DNA of 64,000 nucleotides from a virus: positions 1 through 64,000 of the IMG/VR virus record IMGVR_UViG_3300018026_000007; one strand, 5' to 3'. Both the position numbers and the translations under genes were made by a program. Numbering within the stretch: the stretch's first letter is position 1; each line of letters starts with the position of its first letter. The notes beneath the pieces were generated by a model. The model did no database searches, was not told where the DNA came from, and saw only the letters and a program-made list of their open reading frames with translations. Positions 1 to 8,437 of this stretch are shown piece after piece.

Positions 1-260
1 GGTCGGACCCGCGAAGGTTGGACCAGTGAAGATTGGACCCGCGAAGGTCGGACCCGCGAAGGTCGGACTCGCGAAGGTCGGACCCGCGAAGGTCAGACCT
101 GCTAAGGTCGGACCCGCGAAGGTTGGACCAGTGAAGGTCGGACTCGCTAAGGGCGGACCCGCGAAGGTTGGACTCGCTAAGGTCGGACCCGCGAAGGTTG
201 GACCCGCGAAGGTCGGACTCGCTAAGGTCGGACCCGCGAAGGTTGGACCAGTGAAGGTTG
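1..260. repeat. 15-bp tandem repeat encoding the pentapeptide units
   Basis: Repeated ggtcggacccgcgaa and variants. Confidence 0.95.
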
Positions 261-367
261 ATGTTTTTTCTTTGTGCGTCAGCAACTGCAGCTTTCATGG
301 AGCCGCCATCATACTCAAACAAAACTGCTCCAAAAACGGATTTGATTTGTATCTTTGTTTTTGCCAT
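1..367 (-). CDS. Pentapeptide-repeat protein (3' end runs off the window)
   Basis: Minus-strand translation MAKTKIQIKSVFGAVLFEYDGGSMKAAVADAQRKNINLHWSNLRGSDLSESDLRGSNLRG...; [S/A][D/N]Lxx repeats; AAGGTG RBS upstream. The + strand AKVGP ORF is its antisense shadow. Confidence 0.9.
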   Translation of the reverse strand, partial: MAKTKIQIKSVFGAVLFEYDGGSMKAAVADAQRKNINLHWSNLRGSDLSESDLRGSNLRGSDLSESNLRGSALSESDLHWSNLRGSDLSRSDLRGSDLRESDLRGSDLRGSNLHWSNLRGSD

Positions 368-389
368 AGTTCACCTTTTTGAATTTAGA

Positions 390-806
390 TTAACGCCGCA
401 CGATGTGCTGGCGCAGAGAGCCGTCCGAATTGTTTTCAAATCGCCCATACCGAAAGCGGTCGCGGACCAGCACGGCGGCGTCGAAATTGGGATCGTAGAT
501 GTTGCCCGAGACTTTGTTCTTGTCCACCTTGCCATAACCCTTGATGCCGTAGATGAAGCCGAACACGATGTGTACCATGAATGCGCCCGAGCCGCCGATG
601 TCCAGCCGCATGTACTTCGCGCCGCAGTGCCCATGAACCTGATCGTTGGGGTGGGTGAATCCGCTGGTGACGTAGTGCTTTTCGTTGTCGGCGGCCTGCC
701 ATTGCGCCATAACCGCCTCAATTCGATCATACTGGGCTTGAGTCAAGCAGGACGGAATGAACCCCGATATTCCGCCCACCTTGGTTGCTGTCTCTGGAAT
801 CGTCAT
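390..806 (-). CDS. Hypothetical protein
   Basis: ATG at 806 follows the conserved GGAGGCAACACAA leader of the repeated promoter cassette. Confidence 0.7.
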   Translation of the reverse strand: MTIPETATKVGGISGFIPSCLTQAQYDRIEAVMAQWQAADNEKHYVTSGFTHPNDQVHGHCGAKYMRLDIGGSGAFMVHIVFGFIYGIKGYGKVDKNKVSGNIYDPNFDAAVLVRDRFRYGRFENNSDGSLRQHIVRR

Positions 807-872
807 TTGTGTTGCCTCCATGTTCGAAGGATACCAAAAGCCCATCCCGAATGCAATAGTACTTTCGTACTG
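807..872 (-). promoter_or_regulatory. Repeated promoter/RBS cassette with GTAC-N4-GTAC operator (859-870)
   Basis: Minus strand TTGCAT-N17-(TGG)TATCCT then CATGGAGGCAAC; related copies near 3596-3685, 8648-8712 and 9923-9990. Confidence 0.8.
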
Positions 873-874
873 AT

Positions 875-1041
875 AAAGGGTGGGACGATACTCCGCGTGT
901 TCGTCACGTCGGGATGCGGTTGAAACGTCCCTAGCTGCAGACCCGAAAGCGACTTGGCCAAGTCGCTTGCGCTGGGTCATGTCCGCATCTCAGCTTGTCG
1001 AAGGGCCTTTCGGGTTACGAGCCCGAGGGTCTTGCTTCAAC
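875..1041 (-). ncRNA. Putative structured ncRNA divergent from the tmRNA gene
   Basis: Promoter TTGCAT(1076-1071)-N17-GAGAAT; nested helices GTTGAAG/CTTCGAC, TCGGG/CCCGA, GATGCGG/CCGCATC, GACCC/GGGTC and a 22-bp palindrome at 947-968. Confidence 0.55.
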
Positions 1042-1047
1042 ACCATC

Positions 1048-1135
1048 ATTCTCTCAAATCAGCGAAAACAATGCAATAGTACTTTAGTACCGAAAGTTCT
1101 TGACAGCGATTCAAGACTTTGTTATCCTAAGTGAG
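1048..1135. promoter_or_regulatory. Divergent promoter pair with central GTAC-TTTA-GTAC operator (1079-1090)
   Basis: Plus: TTGACA 1100-1105, 17 nt, TG-n-TATCCT 1123-1128, overlapped by the GACTTT motif at 1115. Minus: TTGCAT..GAGAAT. Confidence 0.8.
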
Positions 1136-1505
1136 TCGCGTTTAAGCGCGGCATGGTGGAGGCGGGGCTAAGGCCCCAGCCCTTTACGCACGTCAATACT
1201 TGGTGATTGCTCAGATGGACGGGAGTTCAACTCTCCCCGAGTCCACCAAAGTGCAGATATCTCCCTGCCGATAGTGGGGAGGGGCCCGTGTATCTGCACT
1301 TTGTTGGGCTCGACGGGTTTCGACATTTGAGAACAGTGGCCAGGGGCTCGTGCCGTCCTGACAACGACGTAAAAATAGATCAAACCATAAACGCCAAGCG
1401 AAAGCTGGCTCAAGTGATTGCGTTTCCAGGTGTCTTTGCGGTGGCTTCGGCCCGACCGCAAGCCCTAGCGGCGTAGTTGCGGGGAGGGGCCCCAAAAGGG
1501 GCCCT
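1135..1505 (+). ncRNA. ssrA: Circularly permuted (two-piece) tmRNA
   Basis: T-arm GGGAG-TTCAACT-CTCCC (1221-1237) and CGAGTCC-A-CCA (1238-1248) come before the 5' acceptor strand GGGCTCG (1306-1312) and GGTTTCGAC; G3:U70 wobble; P2 ATTTGAG/CTCAGAT; tag frame 1393-1476 AKRKLAQVIAFPGVFAVASARPQALAA*. Confidence 0.92.
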
Positions 1506-1514
1506 TTCATTTTT
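1485..1514 (+). terminator. Intrinsic terminator after tmRNA
   Basis: GGGCCCC-AAAA-GGGGCCC followed by TTTCATTTTT. Confidence 0.8.
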
Positions 1515-1525
1515 AGGAGAGCATC

Positions 1526-1756
1526 ATGACCAGCCATAGGTTTGAAGGATTCACACCGATAGACAGCGGACACCTGGACGGCGCAAAGTACGACCCAATC
1601 GGAAAGAAGCTCACCGTCCGCTTCAAGAACGGGTATACCTACGATGTGCATGGAGTCTCGGCGCAGGACCATCAGGACTTCATGGAAGCACCCAGCCAAG
1701 GCGAGCACTTCCACCAGGTCATCAAGAACAACTACCGCGTCGAACGAGTGAAGTAG
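1526..1756 (+). CDS. KTSC domain protein
   Basis: S..L....YD.....L.VRFKNG.TY....V.......FM.A.S.G..F pattern; AGGAG RBS. Confidence 0.85.
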   Translation: MTSHRFEGFTPIDSGHLDGAKYDPIGKKLTVRFKNGYTYDVHGVSAQDHQDFMEAPSQGEHFHQVIKNNYRVERVK

Positions 1757-1993
1757 CTAGTCGAGAAACCGCTCATCAGCGGGCACATATGGCATCTGTC
1801 GTTCTTCCTCGTCCCGCATGACTTGGCGAGTGGTCGGCGCGGGCTGATATCCTTCCAGCACAGCAGCGAACGAAAATGAAACAACCTGATCGCCGTTCAG
1901 CTTGGACAGGACTTGGGCCAGCCGCTTGCGCATCTGACTGACTGTATAGGTCGGGTCCTTGTGTGAGTCGATGTGAATCGTGAGATTTGCCAT
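1757..1993 (-). CDS. Hypothetical protein
   Basis: GGAGGCAAC RBS; follows the ATPase gene in the operon. Confidence 0.7.
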   Translation of the reverse strand: MANLTIHIDSHKDPTYTVSQMRKRLAQVLSKLNGDQVVSFSFAAVLEGYQPAPTTRQVMRDEEERQMPYVPADERFLD

Positions 1994-2001
1994 GTTGCCT
2001 C

Positions 2002-3042
2002 CTAGTGTTGTTCCAGACTTTGAATGATTTCGTCCAACTCTTGCTTTCCGTCATTCGTAAGATAATACCGATGGCGGTTGCGGAATTCCTTCAGTCGTTC
2101 GATGAGTGGTTGGCTGTTGGGGATAAACCAATGCTTGACGTGCCGAAGCATTGCCTTGACTTTTTCAGGCACCAGAACCCACTTCATGCCCGCCGCCGAC
2201 GCACGTTGAATCTCTTCCTGAGTTGAGACGGGAACCGCCCCAAAGCCGTGGCGGCTCACGAAGTAGTTAAAATGAGCATCAGCGAAACCAGGAGTGGCGT
2301 TAACATGAGATTCAACATACTCAACATCGGGGGCTTCGGACTCCAGCAATTCCGATAAGCGTGCAGAGTGACCAGCGGCGGTCCAGAGCTTGGATGTTTC
2401 CCAGGCCAGGTCAAATCCATCCACCATGCCTCGGTCGCGGTCAAGTTTGATGACATCGGGGCGAAAAGAATAGCCGCATTTGAAACCCTTCACAGTCGTG
2501 ACGTAGAGCCCGCCGGCATAGATGCGACCCGCTTCGCCTTCTTCCTCAAGAATGGTGTTGTCTTCGTCGGGATGGGGGCGAATGTTGGACAGGATAAAGT
2601 CGTGGTCTTCGGGGCGAACCCCCGAAATACGGAAGAACGCGCCCTCGACGGTTTCGGCATCCGCTTCGAAAGAGTCGGTATAGATGTTGAGCACGGTCGC
2701 ATTGAAATTCGAATCGTGCTCTAACACGGGAGCCCAGCATTCTCTACCTGTGCGAATGACGACATCGTGCTTCAGGCGCGTCAGAACCAACAGCGCGAGT
2801 TTATAGCCCTCGCCGAACTTGCCGCGCTGATTCTTATTGTCGCGCTTCGATGTCGTGCCTAGAACCAAAGTGCTAGGGTCGAGCGGTCGTCCTTTGGATG
2901 AGAGGATGAGTGACTGTTCGTTTTCGTAGTAAGCGATAACGGCGTCACCCGCGTCGAGCGCGTTCTGGTAAATCTCGCGGACGGCTTCCCAGAGTCCCCA
3001 GTGCTCGCAGTAGCTCGGTGACAGCGGCAGAGTGAATTTCAT
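2002..3042 (-). CDS. GHKL (HATPase/Hsp90-like) ATP-binding protein
   Basis: N-box EAVREIYQNALDA and G-box GKFGEGYKLALLVL. Confidence 0.75.
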   Translation of the reverse strand: MKFTLPLSPSYCEHWGLWEAVREIYQNALDAGDAVIAYYENEQSLILSSKGRPLDPSTLVLGTTSKRDNKNQRGKFGEGYKLALLVLTRLKHDVVIRTGRECWAPVLEHDSNFNATVLNIYTDSFEADAETVEGAFFRISGVRPEDHDFILSNIRPHPDEDNTILEEEGEAGRIYAGGLYVTTVKGFKCGYSFRPDVIKLDRDRGMVDGFDLAWETSKLWTAAGHSARLSELLESEAPDVEYVESHVNATPGFADAHFNYFVSRHGFGAVPVSTQEEIQRASAAGMKWVLVPEKVKAMLRHVKHWFIPNSQPLIERLKEFRNRHRYYLTNDGKQELDEIIQSLEQH

Positions 3043-3049
3043 ATGGCTC

Positions 3050-3595
3050 CTATGCTAATTGCAGACTATCCATGGCTTCTTGCGCCAGCATACCATCGTT
3101 CTCTTGCAGGTAAACGAAAGCGGACGAGGGCGAGCGGTGCGCCAGGAACTGAGAAACCGCGCCGATGCGCTTCGTCACATCGAAGACGACCATCGCCGCA
3201 CTGTGTCGGAAGACATGCGAGTGAGCATAGCTGCTGTGAATGCCAGCGGCTTCGGCATATTCCTTGAGCTTCAGGTTAAAGTACTGACGCGACAGACCGC
3301 CGAAGATACGGGACTGGCCTTTCGTGGCAGCCAGGGCAACCAGGGGCGTCATGTCGAACGCTGGGTCCGCATCGATATGCAGCGAGTGAGTGACGACGTT
3401 CCCACGCTTCGCGGCGCGAATCATGATGACCCACTTGCCCTCACGCTCGAAGATATCCTCACCGCGTACGTTCAGCACCTGAGAGATTCGCGCACCAGTA
3501 AAAAAGCCGAGCAGCATGGCGAGATGATGAATCTTGTTCGCGGCATGCGCCGTTCGGAAGAGCTTGGCTAGGTCCTGCTTCGCTAGGTATTGCAT
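3050..3595 (-). CDS. Tyrosine recombinase, catalytic domain only
   Basis: TGARISQ (R), AKRG (K), HVFRH (HxxR), LAH and C-terminal Y; only 181 aa. Confidence 0.85.
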   Translation of the reverse strand: MQYLAKQDLAKLFRTAHAANKIHHLAMLLGFFTGARISQVLNVRGEDIFEREGKWVIMIRAAKRGNVVTHSLHIDADPAFDMTPLVALAATKGQSRIFGGLSRQYFNLKLKEYAEAAGIHSSYAHSHVFRHSAAMVVFDVTKRIGAVSQFLAHRSPSSAFVYLQENDGMLAQEAMDSLQLA

Positions 3596-3685
3596 TGGGT
3601 GCCTCCCGTTTACATGCCCAAGATACCAAACCAGCCATGCGGATGCAATAGTACCAACGGTTCATTTTGAGTAGTACGAGAGTAC
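3596..3685 (-). promoter_or_regulatory. Repeated promoter cassette with GTAC-GAGA-GTAC (3674-3685)
   Basis: TTGCAT-N17-TATCTT on the minus strand and GGGAGG RBS. Confidence 0.7.
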
Positions 3686-3895
3686 TATCTACATCGGAGG
3701 GCGAGAGCAGCACCAAGATCATGAAATCCAGGCCGACCGTTGGGTTCTATTCCCATCCGCAGCACCAGAAACCTGGGGAGCCCGTCAAACATGCGGTGCC
3801 AAAGACAATACAAAGTGATGTCCAGTTTGAGGTAGCGGGCGGTGGCTTCCGAAAGGACCGCCCGCTCCCAAGGAGTTGTGACGTGCGTGGTCATC

Positions 3896-4516
3896 TCAGC
3901 GTCGCCCTGCTAGTGCCAGAATTTTCGAGGCATAGCCCGCGTCGCAAGTGTCGCAGCCGACGCCTAGTCCGTTGTACCGCTGGACGCCCGCAGTCATGCC
4001 GTATTGATTGATGAGTCCCGCTTCAATCGTTGCGCCTACGCGGATGTTGGTTTCCCGATTGAGAAGGTTCACGTCGCCCGCGAAGTCGAATTTATCCTTC
4101 CAGACTTTCGGGACAATCTGCATGATGCCGATGGCTCCGCGACTCGACACTGCAAATTGGTTGCAGCCCGACTCGACGCCAATGGTAGCCGCCGCGATGG
4201 CAGGATCGAGCCCCGCATCTATCGCTGCCCGCGCCGTCGAATTGATTAGGTCGGCATCCGCATCGGAGCACCCTTGTGTGCGACCAAAGACTTTGGCCAC
4301 TTCCAGCGGCGCAGTGCGGAATATCGAATACGTGAACGCCTGAGCGGGCGCGCGGGGCGTCTGTCTGCTGGTCACCCACTGCAGAAGTTCCGTCATGCTG
4401 GCCTGGTCGCTGCTCTTTCCGATAGTGGGAAAAGCCAGGACGGCGATCACGGCAAGCTCGATAAGGATTAACAGCAGGCCGATCTTCAGTGTTCGGTTCA
4501 TGGTTTGTGTCTCCAT
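3896..4516 (-). CDS. Lytic transglycosylase (SLT domain) with N-terminal membrane anchor
   Basis: VESG catalytic motif, GAIGIMQ and YN motif; hydrophobic N-terminus; exact start uncertain. Confidence 0.85.
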   Translation of the reverse strand: METQTMNRTLKIGLLLILIELAVIAVLAFPTIGKSSDQASMTELLQWVTSRQTPRAPAQAFTYSIFRTAPLEVAKVFGRTQGCSDADADLINSTARAAIDAGLDPAIAAATIGVESGCNQFAVSSRGAIGIMQIVPKVWKDKFDFAGDVNLLNRETNIRVGATIEAGLINQYGMTAGVQRYNGLGVGCDTCDAGYASKILALAGRR

Positions 4517-4578
4517 GGAAAAGGCTACCAAACCATTGTCGAAAACGCAAGCACTTTTTGGGACAGGTCAAAAAGTTC

Positions 4579-4607
4579 TTGACATATAAAAGGACTGTGT
4601 ATATCCT
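4579..4607 (+). promoter_or_regulatory. Sigma70-type promoter
   Basis: TTGACA-N17-TATCCT. Confidence 0.75.
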
Positions 4608-4699
4608 GGCAAGGTGAATGGACTGGGTGCTGCACGTTCTGTAAAGGTGGAAAGTTCACTGATTAAGGCCACGACAGCACCCACCCACTTAGGAGACAA

Positions 4700-5234
4700 T
4701 ATGCCGCCTAGCATGGGAGACATCGTTATCTATCGGCTGACCCAGAAAGACGCGCAGCAAATCAATCGACGGCGAACAACAGGAGATTCGATCCGTGAGC
4801 GGATCGGGACCCGCATGAATTCTCATACCGAGTACCCCTGTTGGCCGCTCGGGGCCCAGGCGCACATCGGAACACTGGCAAAGCCAGGCATGGACTTCCC
4901 TATGATTGTGGTGAGAGTCTCGGAAGCGGGATACATCAGCGGCCAAGTTTTTCTTGAAGGCAATGACGTGCTGTTCGTGACGCCCGAGTTTGGCGACACG
5001 GATGGAACCTGGCACTGGAAGCCGCAGCCGCTGGTGAACTTGACACAACCGCCCGCCGATCAAGCACAAACGACCTTCACGCCCGTCTGCGCAATCCACA
5101 ACGTCCCGTGCGTTTTACAATCCTATGCGCGCCTGAATATCCCCATGGGAAACGCTTGGATTTGTCCGCGCTGTCAGGAAGCCGCGAAGGAAGTGGTAGA
5201 CCAGATGAAGCCTCGCCGTCCGAATTGTTTTTAG
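4700..5234 (+). CDS. Hypothetical protein with C-terminal Cys motifs
   Basis: AGGAG RBS before MPPSMGD; CAIH..C..CPRC. Confidence 0.65.
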
Positions 5235-5249
5235 TCTAGGAGACCGATC

Positions 5250-5492
5250 ATGAATGAGCAATGTAATAGTTGTGGGTCTTACCAGGATGTTGCGGCGTGC
5301 GCGCACTGTACAGCAACTATGTGTACCCGTTGCATCTACCATCATTCGCATGTCTGCGAAGATAACCAGAAGCGTAAAGCGCGCGGCGAGGGGCCTACGG
5401 TTCGCGAATTGCGAATGCCTGTGCGCCGTCCCGATGTCGTGAGCGATGTGGACCAGGGACTGACTGCTGTTCGCGACTTGTTGGCAGAATAA
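5250..5492 (+). CDS. Small Cys/His-rich zinc-finger protein
   Basis: CxxC, CxxC, CxxC..H..H..C; AGGAG RBS. Confidence 0.65.
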   Translation: MNEQCNSCGSYQDVAACAHCTATMCTRCIYHHSHVCEDNQKRKARGEGPTVRELRMPVRRPDVVSDVDQGLTAVRDLLAE

Positions 5493-5514
5493 AGACTTTT
5501 GGAGCCATACTTGT

Positions 5515-5862
5515 ATGGACACCAAGTACTGTCCGCATTGCAAGCGACCGCTGGGGAGCGAGCAGGAAGAGTACATCCGCTGTTGCTTCTTGTGTCGGCG
5601 GTATGGATTGCTGCTAGGGGTTTGGCCAGAGCAAACAGGAAAGGAAATGAGAATGCACCTTACAGATGAGCAGATTGCAAGGTTGTTCGAGTTGTGCGCG
5701 GAGATTACCGCCGTGCGCAATTCCATCCCAGCGGCCCCTACGGGTTTCAATGTGAGCCTGGAGCGCGCCCGATACTTGCGGAATAGCCTGAGCCAGCACG
5801 ACGCGGCTTTGGCGGAACTGGGGATAATGCTACAAAGCGCGGCGGCGAAGTCCCAGAGCTAG
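5515..5862 (+). CDS. Hypothetical protein, probably leaderless
   Basis: ATG 15 nt after the GACTTT motif at 5494; two CxxC pairs. Confidence 0.5.
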   Translation: MDTKYCPHCKRPLGSEQEEYIRCCFLCRRYGLLLGVWPEQTGKEMRMHLTDEQIARLFELCAEITAVRNSIPAAPTGFNVSLERARYLRNSLSQHDAALAELGIMLQSAAAKSQS

Positions 5863-6928
5863 GTGCGGTGTGCAGGGCTCCGCGAGAGTCGCACGAATCA
5901 ATCGATCCAAAATATACATCGTCTCCATGGGTGCGCCATTCTGCCCAATCTCGTGGTATTTGATGTGGTTTTGGACGCGCTTCAACTTGGCAATGACGCG
6001 CGTCTTTTGATAGTAGGTCACGTTACTTTTCCTCGGTTCTCAGCAACTCTACATATGCGCCATCGTAAAAATCGGCGACGGCGTCGCGCCAATACTCGAT
6101 TGTGTCTTCATCGAGCGATTGGCCATATTGAAATTGGATGCTCACGATTTCTGAGCCTGCGTGGAGACCTGCATCGGGCTCGCCGTCCCAGGCAGCAAAA
6201 AACTTTAAGCGTGTCATAGTTCACCTCGTTCAATCATGTTGGCGGCTTGGTGGCACCGCTGAATCATTGCGTTAAGGCGGACGATCAGTGCGAGCCCGCC
6301 CGACTTTCTGTAGTAGATGTCGGCAACCAGCATTCGCATCCCTTCGATCTTCAACGCGGCGGCCAGCATGGATTCTTTCGTGTGCTGCCGCCAGGCGTGC
6401 CCGATCACCATTTGCGCCATCTCAATCGGCGCATCACCAAAGATGGTGTCCATTAGTTTTCCTCGGATCGGTCGTCGATGAACGGCGCAACGATTTCTGC
6501 ATGGCACGCATCACACCATGCGCCATCTGTGCCGAACGATTCGTACATCTGAGCTTCGGTGATCTGATCGCTGGCGGGCAGTTTGGCTTCTTCACCGCAT
6601 TCGCGGCAGAGAACGGTTCCACTATCCGCTGGGATGTACGCCGCTACTGTGCTGTATTCGGGTCCGAACATTATCGTATCCCATCCTTTCTTTCTTGCAG
6701 GACTTTGCGGAGTACTTCATCCTGCCGTCTTGCTTTTTCAGAGCAGTCACCATACCCGCCAGTCGTGCCGTTATTGTAATGGAATCCGCCACGGGTCCCG
6801 ATGATTAGTTGGTCGCCGTTTGCAGGATTCGTCAGATTGATTCCCAGGCACGGAGACGGAGTATGCTGAAAGCCAAATTCAAAGGCGACTTGCAGCATGC
6901 GATTGACGACAATGTTGCGGTGTGCCAT
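5830..6928 (-). other. Chain of five small translationally coupled hypothetical genes (6671-6928, 6453-6671, 6214-6453, 6023-6217, 5830-6021)
   Basis: TAATG/ATGA stop-start overlaps and RBSs. Confidence 0.65.
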
Positions 6929-7122
6929 TATCGCACCGCCTTCGGCTGCGGGACGTGTTTGACGCTGAAGCACTTCGGTCCAGTGCCTCCGCAGTTCAAA
7001 CACTGGCCACCTGTCGGCCCCCAAGTGATATGGCTCGCCGAGCAGGGCGTTGCCGAGATGGGTAGACTGGCGCGGGCGATATGCGCGCAGCGCGGGCAAT
7101 TGACCAGGGTGATGGTTGACAT
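6928..7122 (-). CDS. Cys-rich small protein; C-terminal part of a gene interrupted by the IS, with start codon supplied by the IS right end
   Basis: MSTITLVNCPRC...CLNC; the ATG lies inside GGGGAGGATGTCAA. Confidence 0.55.
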   Translation of the reverse strand: MSTITLVNCPRCAHIARASLPISATPCSASHITWGPTGGQCLNCGGTGPKCFSVKHVPQPKAVR

Positions 7123-7260
7123 CCTCCCCGCCCCTCGAAGACTCGGGACGGGGATTCCTACTGCTCTCAAGTGCACGATTGCACAAGAGTAGCTTCGGTG
7201 GGTTCCTGACACGACGCCCTTACCTCAGGCGAAGATGACGAGCAGGCTAAAAAGGCTAAT
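7096..7260 (-). ncRNA. Predicted TnpB omegaRNA/reRNA with flanking guide CCATCACCCTGGTCAATTGC
   Basis: Established TnpB biology: scaffold overlaps the tnpB 3' end and right end, and the guide is flanking DNA; 5' boundary approximate. Confidence 0.6.
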
Positions 7261-8412
7261 CCAGCCTCTTTGATGTTGAATGCGCCAACAAAGTCCGCAT
7301 TACCAGACCAGCCGCACTTGACACAAACAAACTTCGCTTGCGTCTTGCGGTTATCCTTGGACGTATGCTTGCACTCGGGACACTTGCGGCTGGTGTTTTG
7401 TGGTGGTACGGCAATTAAGATTCCACCGTTCCACAACATCTTGTATTCCAGTTGACGCCGCAATTCGAAGGGGCTTGCGTCCAGGATTGAGCGGTTGAGC
7501 CCTGATTTCTGGGCAACCTTCTTTCCCGGCTTGTCCTTCGTGCCCTTGCTTGACTTGGACATATTGCTAACTTGCAGGTCTTCGACGAAAACAACGGCGT
7601 GGTTTTTGCTGATGTCTGCCGAGACCTTATGAACGAAATCTTTTCTAATGTTGGCAATCTTGCTGTGCAGTTTGGTGATGCGGGCTTTCGCCTTCTTCCA
7701 GTTTTGGCTAAACTTTTTCTTCTTTGCCAGACGGCGCTGTAGCTTTGCCAACTTTGGCAAGAACTGTTTGAGCGGCTGGCATTGGTCTACGACTAGACCG
7801 TCCGATGCTGTTATGAAGTTGACGACTCCCCAATCCAAGCCGATAGACGACTTGGACGGGTGTTCTGGTACCTTGATTTCTTGTAGTGTGCTGACGCTGA
7901 CGAACCACTTTCCGCAGGACTCGCTAACAGTGGCGTTGCGAATCTGTCCGAGTACATCACGACTGTTGCGATAGCGCACCCAGCCAATCTTCGGCAAACG
8001 AATGCGGCTGTTGACTTGGTCTAGCGTGATGCACTTTGGGTCTGACTCACGATACGAAGTACGCTGTCCCTTCTTGTGGAACTTCGGGAAGTCCGCACGT
8101 TTCTTGAAAAAGTTTTGGTATGCCCTGTCCATATCTACCAAGGATTGCTGCAAGGCGTGCGACGGTGTATCTGAAAGCCAAGGCGTCTCTGACTTCCACA
8201 ATGTAAGCAACTTGTCGAGTTGAAACCGCGTATGCGAACGCTTCGTCAGGTCGTACATTTCCTTCTGGAGTGCCAACGCTTTGTTGTAGATATAGCGCAC
8301 ACTTCCAGCGAAGCGGCGCATCAGCCGCTGCTGTTCGCCGTTAGGCATCAACTCGAATTTGAATGCTTGACGCTTTTCCATTCTTGTATTATACTCTGGT
8401 CTATGGCTAATG
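7116..8412 (-). mobile_element. Non-autonomous IS200/IS605-family element (tnpB only)
   Basis: Right-end hairpin ATCCCCGTCCC...GGGGCGGGGAGGATG ending in TCAA; no tnpA; left junction approximate. Confidence 0.85.
7167..8381 (-). CDS. tnpB: RNA-guided endonuclease TnpB
   Basis: AFKFELMP HTH, RuvC-I GLDWG, RuvC-II VEDL, CPEC/CVKC zinc finger, RuvC-III NAD; TTGACA-17-TATAAT promoter at 8416-8388. Confidence 0.95.
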   Translation of the reverse strand: MEKRQAFKFELMPNGEQQRLMRRFAGSVRYIYNKALALQKEMYDLTKRSHTRFQLDKLLTLWKSETPWLSDTPSHALQQSLVDMDRAYQNFFKKRADFPKFHKKGQRTSYRESDPKCITLDQVNSRIRLPKIGWVRYRNSRDVLGQIRNATVSESCGKWFVSVSTLQEIKVPEHPSKSSIGLDWGVVNFITASDGLVVDQCQPLKQFLPKLAKLQRRLAKKKKFSQNWKKAKARITKLHSKIANIRKDFVHKVSADISKNHAVVFVEDLQVSNMSKSSKGTKDKPGKKVAQKSGLNRSILDASPFELRRQLEYKMLWNGGILIAVPPQNTSRKCPECKHTSKDNRKTQAKFVCVKCGWSGNADFVGAFNIKEAGLAFLACSSSSPEVRASCQEPTEATLVQSCT

Positions 8413-8437
8413 TCAAACTTGTGTTCGTAGATCGACA

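Noticed and set aside
1-260. Possible CRISPR array
   Set aside because: Contiguous 15-bp coding repeats with no unique spacers.
26-382. Plus-strand AKVGP repeat ORF
   Set aside because: Antisense shadow of the minus-strand pentapeptide gene, which has an RBS and matches the family consensus.
1207-1476. 89-aa ORF as a protein gene
   Set aside because: It spans the tmRNA; only 1393-1476 is the tag frame.
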